Source: Phycisphaerae bacterium (GTDB taxonomy: Bacteria; Planctomycetota; Phycisphaerae; UBA1845; Fen-1342). Taken from it: DNA of 64,000 nt. The notes under the pieces were generated by a model, which saw only the letters and a list, made by a program, of their open reading frames with translations, had not been told where the DNA came from and searched no databases. Below are positions 49,222 through 59,537 of the stretch, in pieces; the stretch's first letter is position 1, and each line of letters opens with the position of its first letter. A program made the translations under genes and the position numbers. Where the stretch lies: assembly GCA_050115495.1 (NCBI GenBank), contig JASFQK010000008.1, forward strand, positions 32,001 through 96,000. The letters are read 5' to 3'.

Positions 49222-49788
49222 CTACAGCTCGTCGTCGGGTTGCAGGGGGGAGTGGTGCCAGGGCCAGTAGCTCATGACCGCTGCTTCGTCTTCGTCGAGG
49301 CTGGCGTGGTAGTGATGTGCGTGCGGGCAGGGGAAGCGGAATTCCTGTTGCGTGAAGCCGCGCAGGCGGAGGGTTGCCTCGAACTCGTCCAGCGGGCCGT
49401 AGGCGTAGATCACGTTGTGCTGGTCGTAGACGAGCAGGCCGGGGCCGCTGAAGGACTCCACCCAGACGTGGTGCCGACCGTCCTGCTCGAAGAACGTGCG
49501 GTATGTTTCGAGGAAGCCGCGGACCGCCGCCGGCGAGATGTCGGCGGCCGCGTATCGTCCTGGTGGCCGTTCCTCCCGGCGGGGAGTGAGCAGGACGTAC
49601 AGGACGCCGAACGGGCCAGGGAGCAGGTCGAGCAGGGCCAGGATCAGGTTGATGTGGTCGCGCGACGGACCGATAACGAGGCGCATGGGCCCCGTGGTCT
49701 GCTCGCGATACCAGAGGTCGCCGTATTCGTGCGGCTGCGGCGGCTGGCGCCAGCGGGGGCTGGACAGTTTCGGCAATCTGATCTTCAC
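49222..49788 (-). CDS. Hypothetical protein
   Basis: Clean ORF with GC-biased codons; motifs FFEQDGRH, LVYDQHN, PHAHHYH. Confidence 0.7.
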   Translation of the reverse strand: MKIRLPKLSSPRWRQPPQPHEYGDLWYREQTTGPMRLVIGPSRDHINLILALLDLLPGPFGVLYVLLTPRREERPPGRYAAADISPAAVRGFLETYRTFFEQDGRHHVWVESFSGPGLLVYDQHNVIYAYGPLDEFEATLRLRGFTQQEFRFPCPHAHHYHASLDEDEAAVMSYWPWHHSPLQPDDEL

Positions 49789-49960
49789 GGTTCCACCGGT
49801 ATAGCAGCCGCAGGGCGAGCCTCGCCCGGCGATCGTTCGATTGTCAGTTCGCGGTCACGCCGCGTCGATGGCGTTTCTGGGCGTTCGATTGTGCGGCGGG
49901 TGAGACCCGCCCTACGTGCGGTGTGATCGGCGGGGTGGGAGTGGCGACGTGGCGTGGTGT

Positions 49961-50722
49961 TCATGGCCGGGGCTCGGTGCTGCTGAGACGCAGGCGGAGG
50001 AGGAGGTCGTTGAGGGCGGGGGCGGCGGTGGGGTCGGGTGGTAGGGGGCTGGTGGCGGAGGCGGCTTCGAGGGTGGCGGTCAGGCGGCGGTATTCGTGCT
50101 CGTGGAAGGCGAGATCGGTGTCGGCCAGGGGGTCGTGCTCGCCGCCGGCGGTCTTGCGGGCGATGAGGTCGTCGACGTGCGGGAGGCGGTGGGCCTCGTT
50201 CAGACGGGGGAGGTTCGCCTCGATCTCGCCGGTACGCATTAGGTGCAGGCCGGCCAGCAGCACGCGGTACGTGTAGAGCAGCGGCTTGAGGCGGCGGTGC
50301 TGCTCGACGAGCCGCCACTGCGTGCGGGCGAAGCCGAGGTAATGCAGCGCGTGCTGCTTCGTGACGCAGCCGCGGGCGATGGCCTTCAACTCGTCGTGGA
50401 CGGGCGTCGTGTGCAACACGAGCGGCGAGTAGAGCTGCTCGAGCACGTACCCGTTCGGGCGGAGCAGCAGGCGGAAGAACTTGCGGACGTCGTGCGTGAC
50501 GAGGTCGAGATCGACGCCGGCGGGGCCCGTGGTGCACTCGATCGTCTCGGGCGGCGGCGTTAGACCGATAACTTCGCGGAGCGGCAGCACGTGGACGCCG
50601 CGAAGGTCGTAGTCGGAGTCCGCCGACGGGAAGCCGTAAAGGTGGGCGCCGCTGATGGTGACGAAGAGGAGCGGGTAGGGCTGGGCGGCGATCACGCTTT
50701 GAAGTTGTGGCGGGGCCGGCAT
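49961..50722 (-). CDS. DNA polymerase beta-superfamily nucleotidyltransferase (RlaP/YcgL family)
   Basis: SGAHLYGFPSADSDYDLRGVH, NGYVLEQL, KPLLYTYRVLL. Confidence 0.85.
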   Translation of the reverse strand: MPAPPQLQSVIAAQPYPLLFVTISGAHLYGFPSADSDYDLRGVHVLPLREVIGLTPPPETIECTTGPAGVDLDLVTHDVRKFFRLLLRPNGYVLEQLYSPLVLHTTPVHDELKAIARGCVTKQHALHYLGFARTQWRLVEQHRRLKPLLYTYRVLLAGLHLMRTGEIEANLPRLNEAHRLPHVDDLIARKTAGGEHDPLADTDLAFHEHEYRRLTATLEAASATSPLPPDPTAAPALNDLLLRLRLSSTEPRP

Positions 50723-50973
50723 GTGGATGAGTCCTTGGGGGCGTTTCGCTCGATCACGCTGGCGTTTCTCGGCGTTCGGTCGTGCGGCGGGTGGAACCCG
50801 GCCTACGCGGCTCGATTGTCAGTTCGCGCTCACATCCCGTTCATGGCGTTTCTCGGCGTTCGATTGTGCGGCGGGTGAAACCCGCCCTACCCGGTTGTGG
50901 TTGCCGGCTGTGTGCGGCGCCTTCGGCTCGGAGGCAGTCCGCTTCTTCAACCGCGTGATCGGTCGCGCTTGCG

Positions 50974-51750
50974 TTAGTCAAGGTCGCTGGCGATATTCGA
51001 GACCAATCGGCACTTCTCGCAGCGGAAGTCATAGCGGTCGAGCCACTGCTCGTCGAGCTTCCAGGCTCCGCCGCAGTCCGGACAGCGACGCTGAAGCTCG
51101 GCCCGGCGGCTGCGCCCGTAGTAACGCATCAGGTCGTAATACGTCGGCACGCCGGTGTTGGCTTCGATTAGTCGGCAGACGTCGCGGCCCTCCTCCGCCA
51201 GTTCGCTGTGCGGTTCCGACAACTGTCGATAGGCCAACCGTTCCCCGGCGCCGCTGGCGATCCAGATTGAGTCGAGGTCGCGGTAGTGGTAGGCCCAGAA
51301 TCGCAGGTCCTCGAAGTTGCCGTACTCGCTCGTCGGCGGGATGCGGTACAGCGGCACGACGCCGCCGCATCCGCCGCAACGCAGCGGCGTCTCGCACGAG
51401 AGGAAGTCCGTGGAGAGGATCAGCGCCGGCGGCTTGCGGCAGGTGCAGACCGGGTCCGACTCGGGGTCAGGGCCGAGCACGCGTGTCGAACGCCATTCGA
51501 CGCCGGCTTTGCGCAGAGCGCGTATGGCATCGCGAACCCGCTTGCTGCGATGTTTGGGGTGCAGCGAGTCGGCGTCCGGCAACGACACGTACCAGCGCCA
51601 GCCGCCGCGGATCTCCACAACGGGGGCGTCCTGCTCGATCAACTGCCCGTTTCGCCGGAGTGAGAACAACAACTCGTCGATCGCCCAGCGCACCTCTTCC
51701 GGGTCCGCCTTTCGTTTCTGCCAGGTGAAGGTCAGTTCCGCCGTGTGCAT
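50974..51750 (-). CDS. Zn-ribbon-containing, possibly nucleic-acid-binding protein (DUF2310-like)
   Basis: LRRNGQ, CGGCGGVVPLY, PTYYDL, CPDCGGAW, FRCEKCRLVSN. Confidence 0.75.
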   Translation of the reverse strand: MHTAELTFTWQKRKADPEEVRWAIDELLFSLRRNGQLIEQDAPVVEIRGGWRWYVSLPDADSLHPKHRSKRVRDAIRALRKAGVEWRSTRVLGPDPESDPVCTCRKPPALILSTDFLSCETPLRCGGCGGVVPLYRIPPTSEYGNFEDLRFWAYHYRDLDSIWIASGAGERLAYRQLSEPHSELAEEGRDVCRLIEANTGVPTYYDLMRYYGRSRRAELQRRCPDCGGAWKLDEQWLDRYDFRCEKCRLVSNIASDLD

Positions 51751-51809
51751 GCTGGGCCTCCCTGGGCGACCGCGGCCCTGTTTCCGCAGGGTCCGTCGAA
51801 TCGCCGGTG

Positions 51810-52637
51810 CTACATATTGTCGTTTCCGAACGTCCGCTGGAACAGGGCCGGGACGATTTCGCCGGCGGTGCCGCGCAACCACACGTCACCGCCACCGGGT
51901 TCGTCCGGATCGATCACGATCAGCTTGGCGCCGGCGGCGCGGGCCCTGGCGGGCAACATGGCCGCGGGCAGGACGACGCCGGACGTGCCGATGATCAGCA
52001 TCACGTCGCAGCGCCGGCTGTCGGACAGGGCTTGGCTCCAGTCCGGCTCGGTCAGCGGCTCGCCGAAAAGCACGGCGCTCGGACGCACCAACCCGCGCCA
52101 GGAGAGACCGGCCAGCGGGCGGATCGCCAGGGCCACACGCAGCAGCGCCATCCAGCTCAGCTCGGCGGCCTCCAGGCGGCGGACGATCCTGGCCAGACCG
52201 GCCCGGGTTAGCAGCCGCACGAAACGCTTGCGCAGCGTAACGACCCGCAGCAGCGAGCCGTGGATCTCGCGGACGGTGGTGCTCCCGGCTTCCTGATGCA
52301 GGCCGTCGACGTTCTGCGTGACCACGGTCACGTTGACGTGCTTCTCGGCGTGGGCGATGGCCTGGTGGGCGGCGTTGGGCTTCGCCTGCGCCAGCGGCCG
52401 CAGCAGCCGGGCCAGGAAGTGGGCGAGTCGCCGCGGACGCCACAGGGCCGTTCGCACCAACCCGGTCCACGTCGCGAACTCGTCGGGCGAGAACTCTGTC
52501 CAGAGTCCGCCGGCAGTGCGGAAGGTGTCGATGCCGCATTCGGCGGAGACGCCCGCGCCGGTGAAGACGACCAGACGCTCGGCGGAGCGCAGGTAGTCGG
52601 CGGCGAGATCCAGATTGTCGCCGGCTGGCGTTATGTC
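51810..52637 (-). CDS. Sir2/CobB-family NAD-dependent deacylase lacking the Zn-binding cysteines (start codon unclear)
   Basis: FTGAGVSAECGIDTFR, PNAAH, TQNVDGLH, EIHGS, VLFGE, IIGTSGVV. Confidence 0.8.
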   Translation of the reverse strand, partial: DITPAGDNLDLAADYLRSAERLVVFTGAGVSAECGIDTFRTAGGLWTEFSPDEFATWTGLVRTALWRPRRLAHFLARLLRPLAQAKPNAAHQAIAHAEKHVNVTVVTQNVDGLHQEAGSTTVREIHGSLLRVVTLRKRFVRLLTRAGLARIVRRLEAAELSWMALLRVALAIRPLAGLSWRGLVRPSAVLFGEPLTEPDWSQALSDSRRCDVMLIIGTSGVVLPAAMLPARARAAGAKLIVIDPDEPGGGDVWLRGTAGEIVPALFQRTFGNDNM

Positions 52638-52686
52638 TCGCGTACACTCGTTGGCTGGCGTGATATGGCACGCTCTCCGGTCGCGG

Positions 52687-53625
52687 TCACGTGATGCAAC
52701 TCCGCCGGGCTTTGATGAGGAAGGCGTTGACGCGGGTGTAGTCGGGGCGGTCCGGTAATGTTGTTCGTTCGTACGCCGCATCGAATCGACGATGTAGCTC
52801 CAGCCGCCAGGCGTCGACGTCGGGCCAGGGGACCTCGCCGCGGCGGATGGCCAGCAGGCGGTCGCGATGCTCGTCGACGGCCACGGGGACCGTCGCTTCG
52901 CGCAGGGCGACGATTCCCGCCAGCAGCAGCCGGATCAGGTGCATGGCGTGCTTCCATTTGATGTCGCGCTGGCTGTTGAGGCGGGCGGAGAGCTTGCGGA
53001 ACTGGCTGAGCACGTAGCCGCCGTAGGTCTGGTAGATGAGCTTCGAGAGGAACGCGGTGCGCAAGTCGAGCAGTTCGCGGGCCAGCGGCGTGGCATGCTC
53101 GACGAGCGGCGTGTAGAGGCACTCGAGGACGTTCGGGTTGGCCTTCAGGGCGAGCGTGAGGAACTTCTGCAATTCCCAGTAGCACTCCTGCGACTGGGCG
53201 TTTTCGAGCTGCTCCGGTACGCCGTAGAGCGACCAGTGCATCTCCGCCGGCGGGAGGTAGACGCCGCGGCGGTCGACGTCGGAGCCTTCGTGGTCGAGGC
53301 CATACGCCCGCGAGCCGACCACGCAGCGGTAGATGACGCAGTCGAGCAGGTCGTAGTCGTCGAGGACGTTGGCGGCGGACCAGATCTGTTCGCGCAATAA
53401 CTGCTTGAGGACGGCGAACTGGTTGCGGCGCAGGGTGGCCTCGCTGCCGTCGGCGAAGCGGACGCGGTAGGAGTGCGTGTGGTCCGCCGGCGACTTGACG
53501 ATGAGGCCGACCGCGCCGGGCGGATGCTGCACGTCGCTGCCGGCGGCCTGGACGCCGATGCGGCTGACGACCTGCGTCCCGGGCGGGACGATGGCGTTCG
53601 GGTCGTAAGCGATCCTGCGGGGCAA
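52687..53625 (-). CDS. RlaP/YcgL-family nucleotidyltransferase with N-terminal SH3-like extension
   Basis: VGSRAYGL...SDVDRRGVY, KANPNVLE, KHAMHLIRLL. Confidence 0.85.
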   Translation of the reverse strand: MPRRIAYDPNAIVPPGTQVVSRIGVQAAGSDVQHPPGAVGLIVKSPADHTHSYRVRFADGSEATLRRNQFAVLKQLLREQIWSAANVLDDYDLLDCVIYRCVVGSRAYGLDHEGSDVDRRGVYLPPAEMHWSLYGVPEQLENAQSQECYWELQKFLTLALKANPNVLECLYTPLVEHATPLARELLDLRTAFLSKLIYQTYGGYVLSQFRKLSARLNSQRDIKWKHAMHLIRLLLAGIVALREATVPVAVDEHRDRLLAIRRGEVPWPDVDAWRLELHRRFDAAYERTTLPDRPDYTRVNAFLIKARRSCIT

Positions 53626-53711
53626 GGGGGTACTCCTGTCTGTGCGGGTGGTGCGCTATTGTCGTCCGCGGCGGGGCGGAGGCAACGGGGGCTCCCTCGA
53701 CGACGCTGGTG

Positions 53712-54377
53712 TCATCGCCTCAACCTCGCCCCCCAGTCCTGGAGCTCGCGTTGCATGTTTGTTCGGGCGGCCGCTTCGTACTTCTCCCGGAATCGGGCCG
53801 TGTGGAAGATGTGGTCCTTGGCGAGCATGCTGCGCAGGAACGCCTGGCGGTGTGGTCCGAGTTCCTGGTCGGGGAGGCCGACCTCGCGGCGGATCGCGTC
53901 GGCGTAGCGGTCGTAGACCGCCGGCTCGCGACCCAGGATGCTGAGGTCGATGTCGCAGATGATTCGCTCGCGGTCGTCGTGTAGCGGACGGCGGTGGTCC
54001 GTGGCCAGAATCAGATGCACGACGCCGGTTACGAACTCGGGAGCGGCCCCGAGCGACGTCAGCGCGGTGCGAGCCAGCTCGGCGCTGCGCTCTTCGCTGT
54101 CCTTGGCGCCGATCGCGTACACCGCATCGTGGAAGAGAATGGCCGCCTCGATGTCCAGTGGCTCTTCGAGGGCTGTGTCGCGGCGCAGGATGTCGAGGCA
54201 ATCCTCAACGTGCGCCAGATTGTGGTAGGCGCGCCAAGGCTCGGTGTGCCGGCGGTACAGCTCTTCGCAGACCGCCTCGGTGTCGCCGGTCAGGTCGAGC
54301 CCTTCGCAGATGCGAGCCCAGTGCCGGCGCAGTCGCTCTCGCTGATTCGCAGGTTGGTCCGAGCTGTCTGCGGGCAT
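53712..54377 (-). CDS. HD-superfamily metal-dependent phosphohydrolase (COG4339-like)
   Basis: RAYHNLAHV, LFHDAVY, SEERSA, ILATDH, DIDLSILG. Confidence 0.82.
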   Translation of the reverse strand: MPADSSDQPANQRERLRRHWARICEGLDLTGDTEAVCEELYRRHTEPWRAYHNLAHVEDCLDILRRDTALEEPLDIEAAILFHDAVYAIGAKDSEERSAELARTALTSLGAAPEFVTGVVHLILATDHRRPLHDDRERIICDIDLSILGREPAVYDRYADAIRREVGLPDQELGPHRQAFLRSMLAKDHIFHTARFREKYEAAARTNMQRELQDWGARLRR

Positions 54378-54497
54378 CGCTTGGACTCCGTCGCATCGCA
54401 ATGAGGTGCACGGCCGTTCGCGCCAGATCCGGCCGCTACGTCAACTGCCGGCCCGCCTGAGCCACGTCAAGCCGGCGACCGAGCATACCGCTCCGCG

Positions 54498-55496
54498 CTA
54501 GTCGCCGGCGTCATCGTCGGCGGGCTGTGTCGTGGGCGGTGCGATCGTCACGGTGAAGCTCTTCACCATGGCCTGCACGTCCGGCCAGATCGCATCCTCC
54601 AATTCCGGGGCCATCGCAGTGAAGATCGCGAAGCACATGCCGTGCTTCAGGAAGACCCACTGCCGCAGGATCACGTGCGTCTCCGGATGTTGCCCTTCCC
54701 AGAACAGCGCGTCCGCGCCGTCCACCTGGACCGTCGTCATGGCGTCGACCGTGCACTGCGGATCGAGCATGTGCGCCCAGGAGAGGGCCCATTCGCGGCG
54801 AACACGCTCGAAGAGCGCCGCCTCATCCTCGCCCGGCTCGGCCGAATACTCGCCGAGCATATAGACGTCCATGCCGACCGGAGCCTGCGGTGGAACGAAC
54901 TTGATCCAGTGGCCATAGTTCTCCACCTCCCACCCGTCGGCCACCTCCAGAAAGAACGGAAGCGGCAGCGACGGCTCGACGAACATGAAGCCGAGACGCG
55001 CGTCCTTGTAGTACCAATGCGTGTAGGTCTGACGAGCCACGGCGTTGAAGTACTCCGTCCAGGTGGGCTGGTAGAACTCGGGGAAGTTCGTCCACATCTC
55101 GGTTTCGGCCACTTCTTCGGTCTCGCACGATACCGGTACATCGTGCACGGCGAGCCAGAAGCTCACCATCGCGTCGAACGACCCCATCATCATGGGGGAC
55201 CGGCGGCGGGAACTCAGGAAGCGGGCCCGCCGGTCGGGATCGTCGAGCCACGCGCTGGTGGGCGTCGCGTCTTCCGTGGACGAGGTGGGAGCGGACGTGG
55301 TGGTGGGGCTGGCGCTGGGGGCATTGTCGGTTGCAGGCGGCGCTGGTGTCTCGGCAGCGGCCGAAGCCGTCGCTTGTTGCTGGCTGGATGCGCCGGGCGC
55401 AGGCTTCGGTGGGGAATTGGAGTCGCATGCGGTGCACGTGATCAGCGCGAGCAGGGCAGCCGCCAGGACGACGTGGGCGATACGCGCGGTGCTCAT
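54498..55496 (-). CDS. Hypothetical lipoprotein
   Basis: Lipobox CTAC, P/T/S/A-rich linker, GAGGAGG RBS. Confidence 0.7.
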   Translation of the reverse strand: MSTARIAHVVLAAALLALITCTACDSNSPPKPAPGASSQQQATASAAAETPAPPATDNAPSASPTTTSAPTSSTEDATPTSAWLDDPDRRARFLSSRRRSPMMMGSFDAMVSFWLAVHDVPVSCETEEVAETEMWTNFPEFYQPTWTEYFNAVARQTYTHWYYKDARLGFMFVEPSLPLPFFLEVADGWEVENYGHWIKFVPPQAPVGMDVYMLGEYSAEPGEDEAALFERVRREWALSWAHMLDPQCTVDAMTTVQVDGADALFWEGQHPETHVILRQWVFLKHGMCFAIFTAMAPELEDAIWPDVQAMVKSFTVTIAPPTTQPADDDAGD

Positions 55497-55695
55497 TGAT
55501 GCCTCCTCAGTCGGATTGTTGTGGCCTTTCGACAATAGAAGCCGCCGACAAACGGGCTTCTTCCTCGCCGGGGGCCGCCCCCCCGAGTGTGCACATAGTA
55601 TACACGGACCGGTCTGTCGTTCGGTTGGCCCGCGTGCCAGATTCCGCCTGCGTCCGCGTGGGTGACCTGTGCGGGCTTACCGATCGACGAGCTCG

Positions 55696-56547
55696 CTACT
55701 CTTCGACATTCGCTCCCCAGCCGTCGTACTCGCCGCCGTGATCACGGGCGAGGTGGAACAGGCGGATCGTTACCTCAGTGATCTTGTCGGGCTCGACCGA
55801 GTCCACGCGGGTGACGTGCAGGGTCCAGCGTGACTCTTCATCGGACGGCGGCGTTCGGTCGACGACGCGAAAGCCGTCCGCGACGAGGATCTCAGCGACG
55901 CGGTCCAGGCCGTCGCGGCTCTCAAAGTAGAGCCAGTGGTCGACCTCCCGCGGCTTGGTGAGATCGTCACCGTGCGCGCGCAGTCGTGCCAGGACTCTCT
56001 CGTCCTTGATGCGCTGCCAATCATCGTTCGTCGGGTGCAGTGTTCTGCGGTAGACCTCCCAGTCGGGATCTTCACGCAGGTCCAGGCGTGGCCGACGCGA
56101 CGCCAGGTTGGACGTCAACTTACGCAGCAATTCCTGCGTGTGCTCCGGCTGCTCCGTATATATGTAGAGCACGTAGCTCTGCCCATTCACCTGCCGTCCG
56201 GCGTAGCGCTCTGTGTGCGCGTCGAGGCCCTTGTCCAGCGAGTCTTCCAACGCGTAAACGTCCTCGAAATCGTCTGCGCTCGGGAACCCGTTCTCTCGCC
56301 AGGCGCGGGCATCCAGCCGCAGGGTGATTAAGTGCCGGAGATGACCGCCGGCAGAAGGCATTGCTCCCGCGTCGACGTGGATTACCGTGGCTGCATCATC
56401 GGACGCCCGCATGAATGTGACCCAGTCAGCGCTTGGCATTCCTGCCCGTGCCGGCGGCGCTGGCCGCCGCCGGTTCAACTGCCACACGACTAACGCTGCG
56501 GCGACGACGACCGCGAGCGCCAGCATCGCCGGGATTGCCGTCTTCAC
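55696..56547 (-). CDS. DUF695 / RraB-like domain protein with N-terminal anchor
   Basis: NGFP, EDPDWEVY, GDDLTKPREVDHWLYF, GGEYDGWG. Confidence 0.78.
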   Translation of the reverse strand: MKTAIPAMLALAVVVAAALVVWQLNRRRPAPPARAGMPSADWVTFMRASDDAATVIHVDAGAMPSAGGHLRHLITLRLDARAWRENGFPSADDFEDVYALEDSLDKGLDAHTERYAGRQVNGQSYVLYIYTEQPEHTQELLRKLTSNLASRRPRLDLREDPDWEVYRRTLHPTNDDWQRIKDERVLARLRAHGDDLTKPREVDHWLYFESRDGLDRVAEILVADGFRVVDRTPPSDEESRWTLHVTRVDSVEPDKITEVTIRLFHLARDHGGEYDGWGANVEE

Positions 56548-56656
56548 TTGAGTTCCTCCGCTTGGCGGGCGGATGCCCTTGTCGTTGGGGGCTGCCCCGA
56601 GTGCGTGCAGTATACACGAACGGGGCGACGTCCGGCCGGCTCATGGTTCGGGACTC

Positions 56657-58483
56657 CTACCTCATCCGGAAGATGGGCCCCTTGGGTACGAAGGGCAGGC
56701 TGCGGCCTTCGGGAAGCAGGAAGGCGTGCGGACGCCGGGTGCGGAGGCGGTCGCACCAGCCGTCGGTGATGATCAGGATGGGACCGGCGCGGGGGAAGTC
56801 CTCCGCCTTCTCCAGCAACGTGATGCCCGGTTGCAGGATGGTTCCGCCGCGACCACGCACTTTCACGCGGTCGGCGATCGCATCGGGCGGTAGGTAGCCC
56901 TGGTCGTAGGCGGCGGCATCGCAGAAAACGACACGGACCGTGGGCACATCGCGGCTGACGGCGTACGAGGCGACCGCGCCGAGGGCCTTGCCGAGCAGCT
57001 TGTGGTCCATGGAGTCCGAGGTGTCGATGATCACGCCGAATGTGCGACCGTCCTCGGCACCCTCGATCGGACACCAGCTCGGCCGCGGGATGTCCGGCGT
57101 GGCGGACTGCCGGCGGCTGGGTCGGGCGTACGTGCGGCGTTTCTCCAGCGGGGAGAAGTAGCCGTCGAACCATCGGGCCAGCTCCACCTCCCAGGGAATG
57201 GCTGGCTGCTGGAGTGCGCGGATCTCTTCCACGAGGCCCGCTGGCAGGAAGCCGCGGTTCTCCTGCTCGTGATAGACGAGGCCCTGCGCGAGGCAGTTTC
57301 GGCAGAAGTCGTCGAGAGACATGCCGGTACCCGTTGTTCGCCAGTCCGGAGCACGCGGTTCGATGATGTCGCATTGCTCGATGCCGGCGAGTGTGGCGAG
57401 CTTGCGGTAGCGCCGCAGGTCCGTGACGATCCGATCGTAGACCGCCTCCGCCGACAGGCCCTTCAGTTCGGCGTCGTGGAGCCCGCCGAAGGTCGGGATG
57501 TCGCCGATCTGCATCTCGATGAGCCAGCCGTTGATGACGTAATCGCAGGCGACGTTCCAGAGATACGGTTCGCGGCCGAGGCGTCGCGCACCATGCTGCA
57601 GCCCGACGTGAAGCAGTTCGTGGGCGAGCACGAAGCGCGCCTCCTCCAGCGAAAGGGCCGCCGCCGGATTGATGAGGATTTCGGTATTCTCGATATCGAC
57701 GGCGGCCACGGAGATGCGGAGGCGCTGGCAGATCTTGGGGTCCTCAGTGATTTCGAACGCTTCGGCGAGGGCCCCGAGCAGCGGGTAGCTGCTGATGAAC
57801 CAACTGCGAGCCAGTTGGGCGTTGGTTTGGGTTTGCTTCTGACCGCTCAGACTGTCGAGGCTGCCGGCGGCGACCTGGACCGCCTGGCGGACGGCCTCGG
57901 CGATGCCATCCCTGAGGCAGTCGGGCCAGGGGCGGGGCTGTGCGATCCAGGGGCGGTAGACGCGGTGGCACTTGCGCTCGATGACCATGTCGTTCGTGTT
58001 GCCGGCGGTCCCGAAGTGGCTGAACTCGGGCGGGATGCCCGCGGTGTCGAAGAGCCGATACAGCTCGTGTTCGTCGCGGGCCGGCAGGTCGAGTCGGCCG
58101 CGCATCTCCTCGGGAACTCGGCCGAGCTTCAGGTCGCTCAGGAAGCGGGCGACCACGCAGTCGCAGGCGGTGTTCCAGGCCCGCTGGTTCTCATGCGTCT
58201 GGAAGTGTTCGAGGCCGAGGTGAAGCAGGCAGTGTGCCAGGACGTACGTCCACTCCTCGGGCGTCGCCCGCCGCGTGGGATGAACGTGGATTGCGCCGTT
58301 GGAGGTGACCTGTGCCCAGCCGTCCGCGGGACAGCGCGAATGCTGTTTGCGGTGTACGTCGGCGCGCATCCAGAGCGGGGTGAACATCGGATGTTGCCTG
58401 ATGGCCGCGGCGGCCTGCTCGAAGTTGCGCGTCGCCGGATCGAGCCTGTCTTGCTGTGATTTGCGTCTACTTCGACGTGCCAT
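56657..58483 (-). CDS. DUF2201-type metallopeptidase-like + vWA domain protein
   Basis: HCLLH and HELLH motifs, WNVACDYVIN, RPSRR, MIDAS-like DTSDSM, GRGGT, ITDG. Confidence 0.85.
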   Translation of the reverse strand: MARRSRRKSQQDRLDPATRNFEQAAAAIRQHPMFTPLWMRADVHRKQHSRCPADGWAQVTSNGAIHVHPTRRATPEEWTYVLAHCLLHLGLEHFQTHENQRAWNTACDCVVARFLSDLKLGRVPEEMRGRLDLPARDEHELYRLFDTAGIPPEFSHFGTAGNTNDMVIERKCHRVYRPWIAQPRPWPDCLRDGIAEAVRQAVQVAAGSLDSLSGQKQTQTNAQLARSWFISSYPLLGALAEAFEITEDPKICQRLRISVAAVDIENTEILINPAAALSLEEARFVLAHELLHVGLQHGARRLGREPYLWNVACDYVINGWLIEMQIGDIPTFGGLHDAELKGLSAEAVYDRIVTDLRRYRKLATLAGIEQCDIIEPRAPDWRTTGTGMSLDDFCRNCLAQGLVYHEQENRGFLPAGLVEEIRALQQPAIPWEVELARWFDGYFSPLEKRRTYARPSRRQSATPDIPRPSWCPIEGAEDGRTFGVIIDTSDSMDHKLLGKALGAVASYAVSRDVPTVRVVFCDAAAYDQGYLPPDAIADRVKVRGRGGTILQPGITLLEKAEDFPRAGPILIITDGWCDRLRTRRPHAFLLPEGRSLPFVPKGPIFRMR

Positions 58484-59537
58484 CACCCCGCTCCGCCAAA
58501 CGAGGCAGGTCGCGGACGATCTCGACCATGAGCCAGCCGGGGAGGCCGGCGTCCGTGTCGGATTTCGCCACGACCATCTGCGCAATCTCCAGGCTGATCG
58601 ACGCCAGGTCTTTCATCAGGGCCTTGGCCCGGTGGGCGAGTTGCCGCTGCTGACCGGTGACGGCCGCCGTCTCGGCCGGGAGTTCCTTGATCAACTGGGC
58701 CCGGAACGACTGGGCGAGGAAGTACAAGACGTCGCGGTCGCCGGCGTCGTGCGGCCAGCCGACGTCGCCCTTGAGAATGGCGGCGAGCTGGTAGCGGCTG
58801 CGGATCTGCTTCACGAACGCCTTGAACTGCCCAGCGTGGTGTGGCGAGAGGCAGCCGAAGGCCAGCACTTCGAGCTGTCGATCGCCGAGCCGGTCGCCGT
58901 ACTCCCTCATGGCGTCGCTGAGGATGTGCCAAGCTCGGGGCGAGGAAAAGGGCTCTTCATGCTTGGGCGGTTGGCTCCACAGGTGGTCGGGTCGGTTCTG
59001 GATGTACTCGACGATCGTCTGGTGCACCTCGTTTTGATAGGCCCAGTCGAGCCAGTCGCGGTGCGACACGGTGAGGTGCACGTGCACCATGCGATTCAGG
59101 AGGGCCGACGACATGGGTTTGACGATGGCGCTGTCCTGCGATCGGTTGCCCGCTCCGATGACGATCGAACCTTGTGGAAGCTCGAAGTCGCCCACGCGCC
59201 GGTCCTGAATGAGGCTATAGAACGACTTCTGCACTTCGTGCGTGCAGGCGTTCAACTCGTCCAGGAACAGGCAGTACGGCTCTTCCCGGGCGATCATGCT
59301 GGGCGGGCAGAACCGGCTCTTGCCGTCCGTGATCTGGGGCACGCCGATGATGTCCTCCGGGGCCAATTGGCTGCCGAGGAGGGAGACGCAGGGCATGCCG
59401 AGGTGGGCCGCGAACTGCTGCACGATCGACGATTTGCCGATGCCGGGCGCGCCCCAGATGAAGACGGGGCGCACGATCGCAACGTTTAACAGGAAATCAG
59501 AGAGCTCTTTCTGCGTAACCGTTCTTGCCGGATTCAT
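58467..59537 (-). CDS. MoxR-type AAA+ ATPase
   Basis: Walker A GAPGIGKS, Walker B LFLDELN, AGNR, ALLNR, SPRAW. Confidence 0.9.
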   Translation of the reverse strand: MNPARTVTQKELSDFLLNVAIVRPVFIWGAPGIGKSSIVQQFAAHLGMPCVSLLGSQLAPEDIIGVPQITDGKSRFCPPSMIAREEPYCLFLDELNACTHEVQKSFYSLIQDRRVGDFELPQGSIVIGAGNRSQDSAIVKPMSSALLNRMVHVHLTVSHRDWLDWAYQNEVHQTIVEYIQNRPDHLWSQPPKHEEPFSSPRAWHILSDAMREYGDRLGDRQLEVLAFGCLSPHHAGQFKAFVKQIRSRYQLAAILKGDVGWPHDAGDRDVLYFLAQSFRAQLIKELPAETAAVTGQQRQLAHRAKALMKDLASISLEIAQMVVAKSDTDAGLPGWLMVEIVRDLPRLAERGDGTSK

